Positions 47,641 to 61,442 are shown, numbered from the stretch's first letter. The stretch is 64,000 nt of DNA from Eledone cirrhosa (GCA_964016885.1 OZ024744.1:9238001-9302000); one strand, 5' to 3'. A program made the numbers and translations. Notes: generated from the letters alone by a model not told the origin.

Positions 47641-49475
47641 ATAATTAGCAAAAAAAATTTTAGATAGAGTCATCCCACAGATAAGAAAATACGTTATTTT
47701 ACCACTCTGGGAAAACACCTCCCAGGTAATTAATTGGTTTAAAAATATTAGGTGTAAATCTTCTGCTTCTTTCCTACAATTTGATATAGATAATTACTAT
47801 TCTTCTATATCACCCATACTCCTGAACAAAGCATTAATATTTGCTAAAAATAGATCTAATTTAACTTTGGATGACATTAACATTATTACACATGCTAGAC
47901 AAACACTTATTGAATTTCAGAATGAATACTGGACCAGAAACACATACAGTAATCTTTTTGATATTACTATGGGTTCAAGCGATTCCGCCCAAATTACTGA
48001 TCTTGTGGGCCTCTTTCTCCTTTTCAACATAAATGCCTCTTTTCCCCACCTCAAAGGTGGTTTATATCGTGATGACTGTCTTCTTCTTTCTAACAACCTT
48101 AGCCTTTCAGAAATCGAAAAAAACAAAAAGCATATTAGAACTTTCCTTAAAGACTATTATAATCTAAATATTACTTTTGAAAAAACAAGTAAAGTAGTAA
48201 ATTTCCTAGATATAACTTTAGATTTAGCTACGGGTATATACCAACCTTACCATAAACCTAACCAAAACTTACATTACATACACTCACAATCTAATCACCC
48301 TAAATCTATCCTTAAAAACCTTGCATATAATATATCACTTAGAATTTCTAACCTTTCTTCTAACCAAGATGTATTTGATAAAAATGCGACCTTTTATAAT
48401 GAAGCTCTAGATAGAAGTGGCCACAAAAATAGATTAGAGTATATACCTTCTACTAAAAATACTGAAAAGCATACAGCATAATATTACCAACAAACACCAA
48501 ATGAAAAAGTACACACCTAAATGCCACCCACAATATACCCCAAAATACTAAATCTTCTAATATAAAGTATAGTAACCCTCAAAAAACTACTCATCATACA
48601 ACTATAATAAATATTAATAATAAAACTCCTAATAAAAAAGATAAAACACCTAAATCTACAAATATAACTAAAAATAGTTGTGGTGAGATCATTAACATTA
48701 ATCCTCCTAGTAAAAATCATGATACAACCTATAAAAAATAATAAAAATAATAAACAACATAGAAACCGTAATAGACGAGTTACTTGGTATAATGCTCCTT
48801 TTAATTTACAAGTTAAGGATAATATTGCTAAAAAATTTTTTTATATCCTTGAGAAAAACTTCCCGCCAAACCACAAATACCATCAAATCTTAAATAGGTC
48901 TACAGTTAAATTCTCATACTCTACAACAAATAACATAAAACAAAATATAAGTGCATATAATGCATATAAATGTAAGAAAACCATAAGTATACCACCAGTA
49001 CATCAAATTAACAATAATATCTCCTCAAATACAGAATTAACGAAAGGATGTAACTGTAGAAACAAAACAAACTGCCCATTAAAAGGGAATTGTCTTGTTA
49101 ACAACATAGTCTATAAATGTAATGTTAAAACTAAAGATTCTATTTGCTCATATATAGGAGCTACCTCTAACAATTTTAAGACAAGGTTTAATACCCACAA
49201 ACATAGTTTTAAAAATGCCGCACTGGCTAATACAACATCTCTAGCAGAAAAAATCAATAGTTATAAAAATAAAAATATAAAAATATGATTTGACCTGGAG
49301 TGTGCTTAAAAGAGCCACCCCTTATCAAAATAATAGAAAGGAATGTAGATTATGTTCCCAAGAACTATTTGAAATAATGAGGTCTAGGGATATCTTATTA
49401 AATAAACGACAGGAATTAATTATATCGTGTAATCATAAACTAAAAAAAACATTTAAATATTATAAACCTAATTAA
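47641..49475 (+). pseudogene. Frameshifted PLE polyprotein: reverse transcriptase + Cys-rich linker + GIY-YIG endonuclease
   Basis: Translation gives ILDRV...LWENTSQVINWFKNI...FLQFDIDNYYSSI...FDITMGSSDSAQITDLVGLFLL...GLYRDD (YRDD 48065-48076)...NFLDITLDL...PYHKPN...YIHSQSNHP; RRVTWYNAPF; CNCRNKTNCPLKGNC; NIVY...YIG (49151-49159)...FKTRFNTH; CRLC...LNKRQE...CNH. Frameshifts lie in the 48470-48740 linker and at the A run 49279-49283. Confidence 0.92.
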
Positions 49476-50052
49476 TAACATTATTCTAGAAATTAATTTA
49501 ATTTAAATGTTAGTTAACCTATAAATTTAATTTAATTAATATTTTATTACAGATGAGAAAATATTATGTAATCATAAATTGTGAAAAACCTTTAAATATT
49601 ACTAATATATACTCAGTAATTTAATTTATAGATTAATTTTAATTTATTTAAACCTTTTTTATTATAATTTTTTTTTATTATAATTCTTTTACAGATAAAA
49701 TATAACAAAATAATATCATGTATCCAATGACGGAGAAAGAATTTTTATGAATTTTTAGTATTATAGACCTAATTAATATACATTTTGGAAATATATTTAT
49801 TATTTGGTTTTAGTTTTAATCAACCTAAAACTTTTAATTTTAATTTGCTTAAAATTAGTATCCTTGTACAGACGAATTGCAGAATGTCATGTAATCATAG
49901 AATGGGATGTGTTTTGGATATATACCTAGTTAATATATTCTGTGCAATTTTTTGAAAAAGATATGTATATGTATATGTATATGTATATGTGTGTGTTGTG
50001 TATGTGTATCTGTATGTATGTTTATGTGTGTATATATGTATATATGTGTATA

Positions 50053-50091
<39 letters not shown>

Positions 50092-51243
50092 ATGTATGTA
50101 TATGTGTATGTGTATGTATATGTATATGTATGCGTATTAATTTTGATTTTTATTTGCATATAATTATATTATGCTATTGATGAAATACAATATCTGCTTT
50201 ATGTATTGTATACCTAATTAACATATACTAATTAACGTATACTATTGAAATAAATATATAATTTTTAATTTAGTTAACATATAATTTATATGCTACTACC
50301 GATGTAATACTTTATTTTATTTTTATTTGGGTTTCTTTTCCCTATTACTAAATTCATCTCCTAATATTGATACCATAACGTTATTAACTTTAATTTAGTT
50401 ATAATGTAATTAATAATCTACTACTGTTTGACTTCATAATTCTGCTTCAAATATTATAAACCTAACTAATTTACACCTTAGAAATCAATATGTTGACTAT
50501 CTTTGGTTTAGTTAACATATGATTAATGGTATACTTATTTATTTTGAGATGCATAGATTTCGTATTTCCTAGCACTGAAAATATGTAAGAACATACATTG
50601 AATTAAGATACGGAAAATATTATATGTTTCTTGAAACATATATTTACTTTGATCCCCTTCTCCAAACCCCCCCTTTCCCCCATACTATTATCATCTGTAT
50701 TTGTAAGCGTATATGTATGAATATATGTGTAGGTAGGTGTCTATATAGGTTTGGGTATTTATATCTAAATATAAAAATACATATATGAGCATGCAAATAT
50801 GAATGTAAGATTGTGTGTGTATATATGATTGTACATACATATGTGTGTATATATATGTATATATATGTATTATATATGTATGTGTATGTGAATGTGTTGT
50901 ATGTATGTGTGTATGTATGTGTATATATATGTATGTATGTGTATGCTTGTATATATAGGAATATATATATGTGTATATATGTATGTATATGTATATGCGT
51001 GTATGTATGTATGTGTATATGTGTTGTGTATATATTTGTATGTCTCTCTATTTATATGTTTATCTTCGTATCTATGTGATATATGTGTGTGTGTGTGCAC
51101 GTATGCATATGTATGTGTTTGTGTGAGTTTGTATGTGTGTGTGTATATATATGTATGTGCGCACACTCACATACACATATATATATATATATATATGTGA
51201 GTGTGTATGTGTGTCTGTGTGTGTGTGTGTGGTTGTATGTGTG

Positions 51244-51281
<38 letters not shown>

Positions 51282-51401
51282 GATATATATATATATATAT
51301 AGATATATATAGGTGTCTATGTGTGAATATATGTCTTTATTCGTATGTGTGTATTTATGTATGTATATTTTATGTGTATGTATGTATGTGTATGTATGTA
51401 T

Positions 51402-51433
<32 letters not shown>

Positions 51434-51797
51434 GTATATATATATATATGTATATTATTCTTTATTATTATTGTAATATAACTTATGTGTATATGTGTAT
51501 AAGTGAGGTTGTGTATGTATATATAATATGTGTATATATAAGAGTAATGAAATATATATATATATATATAAATATGTATGTGCATGTCTGTTTTTTATGT
51601 GTGTGTATATATATATGTGTGTGTGTATATATGTATATATATATATATATGTATACGTGTGTGTATATAGATATATATATATATATATACATGTGGGTGT
51701 TTGTATGTGTATTTATGGTGGTATGAGTGTGCGGATATATATGTTTTTTATATATATGTATGTATATATATATATATATGAGTCTATGTGTGTGTGT

Positions 51798-51843
<46 letters not shown>

Positions 51844-52109
51844 ATGTGTATGTATATGTGTGTGTATGTATTTATATGTGTGTGTATGTATGTGTGTATA
51901 TATATATATATCTCTATTAATGCGTGTGTGTATGTATATACATATGCGTTTTTTTATTATTATTTTCATTTGTATGTCTGAGTTTGGTGAGGTGGTATTG
52001 TTTTTTATGTGTATACACATATATGGAAGCGTATGTATTTATTTATATGAGTATAAGTAGGTGCATATGTATGTATGATTATATATCTAATTCTGTGTAT
52101 GAAGGTACA

Positions 52110-52140
<31 letters not shown>

Positions 52141-52185
52141 GTGTGTATGTAAGTTATGTGTGTATGTATCTTTATATCTATGTGA

Positions 52186-52227
<42 letters not shown>

Positions 52228-52316
52228 CGATGTGCGTATATGTATGTACATGTATGTACATGTATGTGTGTATGAGTGTGTATGTATATTTAGATGTATG
52301 TGTATGTATGTGTATA

Positions 52317-52393
<77 letters not shown>

Positions 52394-53199
52394 GGATGTA
52401 TATCTTTATTATCTATTTTTTATATATATGTGTATGTGTGTATGTGTTGCGCGTGTTGTGTGTGTGTATATATATCTTTTTATATGTGTATATGTATGTT
52501 CGTGTAAGTGTATGTGTGTGTATGACTGTATATCTATGTGTGTATGTGTGTATGCGTAAATATCTCTATGTGCGCGTACATGTATGTATGTGTATGTATA
52601 TCTGTATGTGTATGTACATTATATTATATTTATCATATTTTATTGTTTTTATTTTTTTGTTTTTCTTAATTTATAGATACATTTATATTAGGCAGTCTGC
52701 TCTGACAATCTAATACTGACCCCTCCCCCCCCTCCCACCAAATTTCTGTATCTTGATCTTGAAATGTGTGTGCCAGTGTTTTATGTGAGTGACTTAATTT
52801 CTATGTGCTTATGATTTTATATCCACATATATAAATGTGAGTGGGGGAGTGTGTGTGTTTGTATGTTCGTGGTTATGTGTATATTTATGCATATACACGC
52901 ATGTATGTGTGATTATACTGATATGTGTGAGTATGAAAAAATATATTTATATGCTTGACTCCATAAGTATCAATGCGCATCTTATCAGCGCATTAAGCTT
53001 ACAGAGATATTAACCTTGAAATTTTGTGTTTGCATCCATCTTTTTAGTATGCGCATACAAATTATACACACATTATTGTAAAATATGTGTAAGGATTTTA
53101 CATGTATATACACACACCAAACTGCTTTTAACCCTTTGTGTTTTCATTGGTCAATTTTGAACTGATATTTTGAATTGTTGTTATTATCAATAAATATAC

Positions 53200-53354
53200 T
53201 TCATTATTTCTGAAGACGGCGTATATATGTGTTAGGTATGTATATTTAATCTTGATAATTTGTATAATTTTGTATAATTTTGTACATAGATCTGTTAAAT
53301 ATGCATACCAATTATAACACATATATGCCCTAGAAACGATCGTTAAATAGTGAA
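53200..53354 (+). ncRNA. Type I hammerhead ribozyme with extended (about 116 nt) stem II
   Basis: Stem I TTCATTATTT (53200-53209) / AAATAGTGAA (53345-53354). Core CTGAAGA 53210-53216 and GAAA 53333-53336. Minimal stem III A-C-GATC-G-T with palindromic loop; cleavage triplet GTT (53342-53344). Stem II arms GGCGTATATATGTGTTA/TAACACATATATGCC and GGTATGTATATTTAA/TTAAATATGCATACC. Confidence 0.75.
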
Positions 53355-53406
53355 CTTTTTTTGTTTAATATAAGGAATTGTTTGTTCATTATTTGTTTAA
53401 TATTTT

Positions 53407-55466
<2,060 letters not shown>

Positions 55467-55700
55467 CAACTTCATCATACGTCCGCTTTTCCATGCTTGC
55501 AAGGGTGGGATGGAAGCTGATTCTGGATTGGTTTCTACAGCTGGGTGCCCTTCCTGACGCCAACCCCGTTTGCAGTGAGTGCTGGGTGCTTTTTTTTTCC
55601 GTGGCACCTCCACGTCAGCTTTACAGTGTGGGCTGGGTGCTTTTTTGCCGTGGCGCCTCCACGACCACTTTGCGGTGGGGTGGTGGGGTGGCATGTGTAT
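55467..55700 (-). mobile_element. Short RTE-related non-autonomous element / SINE
   Basis: Minus strand has AAAAAAGCACCCAGC...GTTGGCGTCAGGAAGGGCACCCAGCTGTAGAAACC then CTTGCAAGCATGGAAAAGCGGACGTATGATGA, resembling RTE-derived bipartite octopus repeats (recognised from memory). Internal duplication of about 48 bp, GTGGAGGYGCCACGG-A(n)-GCACCCAGC. Confidence 0.6.
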
Positions 55701-56008
55701 ACCCAGCCCATTGTCATTTCCCACACAGAAATGCTTATAGCATCGTTCTTTACCCACGATGAATCTAGCAGACCCACCCCTCCACCTGGTCTCTTGAATA
55801 CAACAAACATCGACCTCATTACGTTCAAGCATTTCTACAACCTCGTTAGAGCGACCCTTTAAGGTGCCTACATTCATCGTACCAACTCTGAAGTTTTGGA
55901 TTGTGTTTGGGGGGTGGGAGCGGTGGGGGGGGTTATGTTAGCCATCCGCGGCCGAAACAAAGAGGAGGAGCCCTTGCATTCTCGTCCATGAGGTGGATTT
56001 GTCTTTAT
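55701..56008 (-). mobile_element. RTE LINE fragment (start of AP endonuclease), second copy of 57749-58069
   Basis: [48 protein letters not shown]; aligns by eye at roughly 90% with 57749-58069. Confidence 0.9.
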
Positions 56009-56530
56009 GTATGTATATATATATATGTATGTATGTGTGTGTATGTATATATATGTATATATGAGTGTATATGTATGTATATGTATATATGAGTGTATAT
56101 GTATGTATATATGAGTGTATATGTATGTGTGTATGTATGTGTATATATGTGTATATGTATGTATGTATATATGTGTGTGTATGTATATATGTGTGTGTAT
56201 GTATATATGTATGTGTATGTATATGTATGTGTATATGTATGTATGTGTATGTGTATATGTGTGTATATGTATATATGTATGTATATGTGTGTATGTATGT
56301 ATATACGTATGTATGTGTATATATGTATGTATGTATATGTATATATACGTGTGTATATGTATATATACTTATATATATGTGTATATGCTTATGTATGTGT
56401 ATCTTATGTATGTGTATGTATGTATATGAATATTATGTATATGTGTATGTATGTGTATGCATGTATGTATGTGTATATATATATGTATGTATATATATAT
56501 ATATGTATGTATATGTATGTGTATGTATAT
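56009..56530. repeat. Degenerate (TATG/TGTA)n microsatellite
   Basis: Directly visible. Confidence 0.95.
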
Positions 56531-58237
56531 GGAGGCCTTACTTATTATACTACCTTCAACTTGCACTGCTGGTCCCTCTATTGGGTCGATGTGGGGGAGA
56601 CTGTCTTTCTCCCATTTATTCTCCTCATTTAGTAGCCTTTCGTAGTGACACTTCCAAGCTACCTTCTTATCAGCGTCAGTGATGGCAAGTACGCCATCAT
56701 CATTAAGGACACACTTCTCCCCGACAATATCACGGTTTTCCTTGACACATTGCCTAGCAATCCTGAACACCTCACGTTTTTGGTCCTCTTGTTGTAGAAC
56801 ATGCTTGAACTTTCTTTCCTCTGCTTCCCTTCTTGCGAAGTACACTTGTCTCCTACCTTCCTTCCTGGCCACTTGATAGTCTTCTCTACTTCCCCCATCC
56901 CGCCATGCTTTCCAAGCCTGCTTTTTGGCCTTGATTGACCTCTCCACCTTACTGTTCCACCACCAAGTTACTCTCCTCCTGCCTATAGGCCTGCTCCAGC
57001 CACACGTTTCATCTGTCGCCTTCAGCAGGTTAGCTTTCAGGAATTCCCACTGTTCCTCTATATTGTGCGACTCTAATTTCTCTTCCTTACTATCAAAAGC
57101 ATCAAGTAATATGCTTTTAAATTTATGACTGGCTGTGGGGTCCTTTAATTTCCATATTTTTCTCCTGAGGATAGTCCTCTTCTGCTGTCGAGTACGTCTC
57201 GTCCTGACTATGAGGTCGCTAATTATCAGTTTATGTTGAGACGTGCATTCTTCATGGGGGAGGGATTTAGTGTTTACAACAGACACTCTGTCACATCACC
57301 TGGTAAGGATATAATCTACCTGGCTGGTATGTTCCCCCGATCTATAGGTGATCAAGTGATTGTCTCGTTTTTTGAAGTCAGTGTTACAGATAGCTAGGTT
57401 ATTTGCGTCACAGAATTCCAGGATTCTGGAGCCTTCCTCATTTCTAGTACCAAACCCATAGCCTCCATGGATTCCGTCATAGCCGTCACAATGTTGTCCA
57501 ACGTGACCATTTAGGTCGCAAGCGATAATTATATAGTCACTGTCGGTTATTTGGGAGGTAGTGAGCATCAGTGTCTCATAGAATCTGTCTTTTATAGCGC
57601 CGGGCAGTCCGGATTGGGGTGCGTACGCAGATATTACTGTCACCGTAGTTCTATTGAGGACAAGTCTTATTTTAATTATTCTGTCGTTCACTCTATTTAC
57701 GTCTATTATCTTATCTGCCCACTTTTCTGCTACCATGATTCCTACTCCACCCAGCCCATCGTCATTTCCCACCCAGAAAAGCTTATAGCATCGTTCTTTA
57801 CCCACGATGAATCTAGCGGACCCACCCCTCCACCTGGTCTCTTGAATACAACAAACATCGACCTCCTTACGTTCAAGCAATTCTACAACCTCGTTAGAGC
57901 GACCCTTTAAGGTGCCTACATTCATGGTACCAACTCTGAAGTTTTGGATTGCGTTTGGAGGGTGGGAACGGTGGGGCGCGGGGGTAGATGGGGTTATGTT
58001 AGCCATCCGCGGCCGAAACAAGGAAGAGGAGTGCTTGCATTCTCGTCCACGAGGTGAATTTGTCTTTATCTTTGGCATTGTCGCTGAGCGTCCAGATTTT
58101 TCTCTCTTCAACTCTCCAGAATTCCGTAGTCCATCCATCATATCGAAAGGCAACCAGGTAAGCGATAGTATAGGCCTCTGACTTATGATTGGTCCACGTA
58201 ATAATGGTGGTGCGTGGGGGAGGGCTGTTGGGTAGTT
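56531..58237 (-). pseudogene. RTE-clade LINE, 5' half: AP endonuclease + linker, truncated before the RT
   Basis: APE motifs TMNVGTL, CIQETRW, GVGI, SAYAPQ, DLNGHVG, HGGYGFGTRNEEG, ICNT, QVDYIL, SQHKL, then IWKL, TWWWN, VFRIARQ, WKCHYERLLNEEN. One in-frame TGA (57296-57298) separates the two annotated ORFs. Ends abruptly in microsatellite. Confidence 0.92.
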
Positions 58238-58314
58238 AGCGAGAAGGTAAGGTTTAAATAAGATCCCCGTATTTTGGGCATAATTTAACAAGCATAAACA
58301 AAAATACACGATTT

Positions 58315-58830
58315 GTTTTGGAAAATACGACAGAGTATCGAGTAGAAAGGCAAAGATTGGATTCAGGGAAAAAATGATAGAGAATGGCGAATGGATTGAC
58401 TAAGGAATTAAAATGGAGAGGAGAATGAAGAAATATTTGTACGTTACATTATACCAGGAAAGCAGCCATGCCGGAATAGGAATTTGGCGGTTCTGATCTT
58501 TTCGTACTTGGTAGGGTTTATCTTATATATATAGATAGAGAGGGGGGGACCAGCATGATAGGGGGGGGGGAGAAGATAGGAGGGAGCAGAGGTTAAGAGT
58601 TTAAATACAGTCCTCAACATTTGGGGTAAAATTTAGCCAGCATAACAAAATATATTTAAAAAATATATAAGAAGGATCTGTTTTGTTTTGAAAATACGAC
58701 AGCGAGAAGGTAAGGTTTTGAAAATACGACAGAGTATCGAGTAGAAAGGCAAAGATTGGATTCGGGGAAAACATGATAGAGAATGGCGAATGGATGCACT
58801 AATGAATTAAAATGGAGAGGAGAATGAAGA
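58315..58830 (+). repeat. Direct repeat of about 116 bp (58315-58431 vs 58715-58830), about 400 bp period
   Basis: Shared GAAAATACGACAGAGTATCGAGTAGAAAGGCAAAGATTGGATTC...AATTAAAATGGAGAGGAGAATGAAGA. AGCGAGAAGGTAAGGTTT also occurs at 58238 and 58701. Confidence 0.85.
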
Positions 58831-58962
58831 TGTATGTATGTATATATATGATTCCAGTTCCTCAGTAAAATAACAACCCAACCAGGAACTGGGCATATCA
58901 GAGTATTGACAAAATTATACACCTCAACAACATATGTACTTGTCTATACCTCACTAATTCGG

Positions 58963-59017
58963 ACTGCCTGAAGAGGTCACAGCCAAAGATGGCTGTCACC
59001 GAAATATATATAGCAGT
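58963..59017 (+). ncRNA. Type I minimal hammerhead ribozyme (PLE/retrozyme type)
   Basis: Stem I ACTGC/GCAGT; CTGAAGA 58968-58974; stem II GGTCACAGCC/GGCTGTCACC (one mismatch); GAAA 59001-59004; stem III A-T-ATAT-A-T; cleavage triplet ATA ending at 59012; AATAAA at 59018. Confidence 0.85.
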
Positions 59018-59472
59018 AATAAACGAAGCTAAATTTTAAACATTTGTCTTTTTATTTTACTTTATACCCACAAACTCCCCCCCCCCCCCACACACACACA
59101 CACACCTCTTCCTGAACATGCAACCCCCTTCTTCCCCCAACCCTTACTTTCACATACACACACACACACGCACACCTACACACACACACCACCTTCAGCC
59201 CTCCCCGCTCGGACACCCCGTCTCCCTCTCCCCCACTCCCCCCGCCACCACCCCTACACACCCCACGCCCTTCCACCACCTGTTTAACCCCCTTTTAATT
59301 TCAGTTTATTTTGATCATGCCTTTATTTTTAAATTTATCTCATTCCTTGTATTTTGATCATGCTTTATTTTTATTTTTATTTTTTATTTTTTCATTCGCA
59401 CCGTTTCCTTTCGCTATATGTCTCTCCACCACTCCCCTACACACCCTTTGAACTCTGTTCCCACACACTTCC

Positions 59473-59505
59473 CACCTGAGGAAGGGCTTATGCCCGAAAC
59501 GTCGT
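59473..59505 (+). ncRNA. Minimal PLE-type hammerhead motif within a probable solo pLTR (about 59050-59595)
   Basis: CTGAGGA-A-GGGC-TTAT-GCCC-GAAA-C-GTC-GT; AATAAA at 59542 and (TA)n from 59596. Stem I is only about 2 bp, so it may be inactive. Confidence 0.7.
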
Positions 59506-59593
59506 CCCCCACCAACACCCCACTCTCCAGAGCGTGAAATTAATAAACATTTGTTGTACTGCCTCTCTGTTTTGTCCCTGTTCAAATTTTTCC

Positions 59594-59595
<2 letters not shown>

Positions 59596-59660
<65 letters not shown>
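59596..59660. repeat. Perfect (TA)n microsatellite
   Basis: Directly visible. Confidence 0.97.
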
Positions 59661-59664
<4 letters not shown>

Positions 59665-60268
59665 TAACGAGAATCGTATTTCGGCTATTGGAAATTAACG
59701 AAAAACAACTTCCGAGATGTGTGGCAAGCGCTCCATAGAAGCTAGTGAACTAGAACAACACCATAAGTTAAAAGGCCAAACACACTGAGACAATGGTTAA
59801 ACCATTATCCGCACAGCCATAGAAACGACCAAGTAATTCGGGTCAAACAAATAAAATATGATTGAAAATTATACCCGGACCCCTGGAAGGTTGGTAATAT
59901 CCAGCATTGGGTTTCTGCAACTCCTAAATCAAGTACTGTCTGCTCAGACAAATAATGTTAAGCTTTTTGTATGATGATCGAGCAAGGAAGTCACTTTTTC
60001 AACAGGCTTTTAGTTCAGTGCCAAGCCAAGGACTGACCGTTATCAAAACTCACGTGGGGCTTGACAAGGGGGGCAACCCTTAGATTTGGCGGATGAATTC
60101 AGTATGTGTGTTATTGCAAAATTGCAAAATATCACAAAACGAATTAAGCTCTCAACAGAATGGTTTTAAAATTAACAAGAGCTATTAATCAGTCAATAGA
60201 ATTAACTAAAAAAAAACAAGAAAATTAACTGGTCAATAGCTAGACTCTGGAGATTAATACAAATATAA

Positions 60269-60301
<33 letters not shown>

Positions 60302-60669
60302 GAGAGTGTGTGTGTGTGTGTTTATATTAGACCAACAGAAATCCTCCATAGATGAGTTCAAGTACATAACCTCGCTACCGTGTATCATGTATTGTTTCAG
60401 TCAGAGTTGCCACATTGATTATTATTGTTATTATTTGTTATTCTATGGTGGCATTTACCGGAAATAAGTTTCTATTACATTACATTGCCTAATTTGATAG
60501 GTTTCTGCTGCTTACCCCACCAACCCTTCACTTTAACCCTATTTCCCCCGCCTCACATATCTCTCCAGTTCTCTGTTAGAAAAAGGAGGAAAAGACCATA
60601 CTATTAGGAATACAAGAGAACAACACAACTATACATATGTGCAACACACATATGTGTATCTATTTATTT

Positions 60670-61110
60670 ATATGTGTATGTATGTATGTGTGTGTGTGTG
60701 TGTGTGAGTGTATGTATGTATGCATGCAGACATACATAAATGCATACACATAATATATACATACATATGTACACACACTCATGCACACACATACATGCAT
60801 ACAAACATACACACATACATGTATGCATACATACATACATACATACATACACACACATACATATATATATACACATACATACACACACACATACATATAT
60901 ATATACATACATATACACATACATACATATATATATACATACATTCATACATACACACACACACATACACATACACACATGCATACATACTCATACACAT
61001 ACAGTCATACATACACACACACACATACATACACACATGCATACATACACACACACATACATACATATACACATCACATATACATACATACATATATACA
61101 TACATACATT
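60670..61110. repeat. Degenerate (TATG)/(CATA/CA)n microsatellite
   Basis: Directly visible; polarity switches near 60725. Confidence 0.93.
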
Positions 61111-61259
61111 CAGATGTTTAATTAGTTTACGCATATGTTTCATTTAAACAAAATCAGAATTCTTTTACTTAGTAGCCAATTCTAAGATATTCAATTCAAG
61201 CCTACTTGTAATTACAACAATTTAATCAGCTCAATAAATCTGTATTTCCCTTATTATAT

Positions 61260-61442
61260 GTGGATTGGCAGTATCGGTAGAGAGTCGGACGCCATGCTTT
61301 CCAGCATAGTTACGTCCCTTTACGATCTGAGTTCAAATCCCGCCGAGGTTGACTTTGCCTTTCATCCTTACGGGGTCGATAAAATAAAGTACCAGTAATG
61401 CACTGGGTAATTGCTGGCCTTGTGCCTAAAGTAGAAACAATT
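61260..61442 (+). mobile_element. tRNA-derived SINE with Nin-like central domain
   Basis: A-box-like TGGCAGTATCGG, B-box GAGTTCAAATCC, core GACTTTGCCTTTCATCCTTACGGGGTCGATAAAATAAAGTACCAGT. Possible TSD ATTATATG at 61253 and 61440. Confidence 0.8.

Larger units (their letters stand above)
47602..53405 (+). mobile_element. Penelope-like retroelement, Naiad-type, 5'-truncated, with about 3.9 kb microsatellite-rich 3' UTR ending in a hammerhead next to (TA)n
   Basis: RT and GIY-YIG motifs. A type I hammerhead at 53200-53354 is followed within about 50 bp by a long (TA)n tract. The 3' boundary is inferred from the ribozyme position. Confidence 0.7.

Noticed and set aside
49286-49288. In-frame TGA as selenocysteine (some Naiads encode selenoproteins)
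   Set aside because: Homology resumes in another frame. Removing one A from 49279-49283 restores KNIKYDLTWSVL, so this is a frameshift and not a Cys-aligned UGA.
57296-57298. Programmed readthrough in the RTE ORF
   Set aside because: More simply a CGA>TGA or similar nonsense mutation in a truncated copy.
59661-60260. Unique-looking 600 bp as exon or RNA gene
   Set aside because: No long ORF, recognisable motif or convincing structure found by eye; left unclassified.
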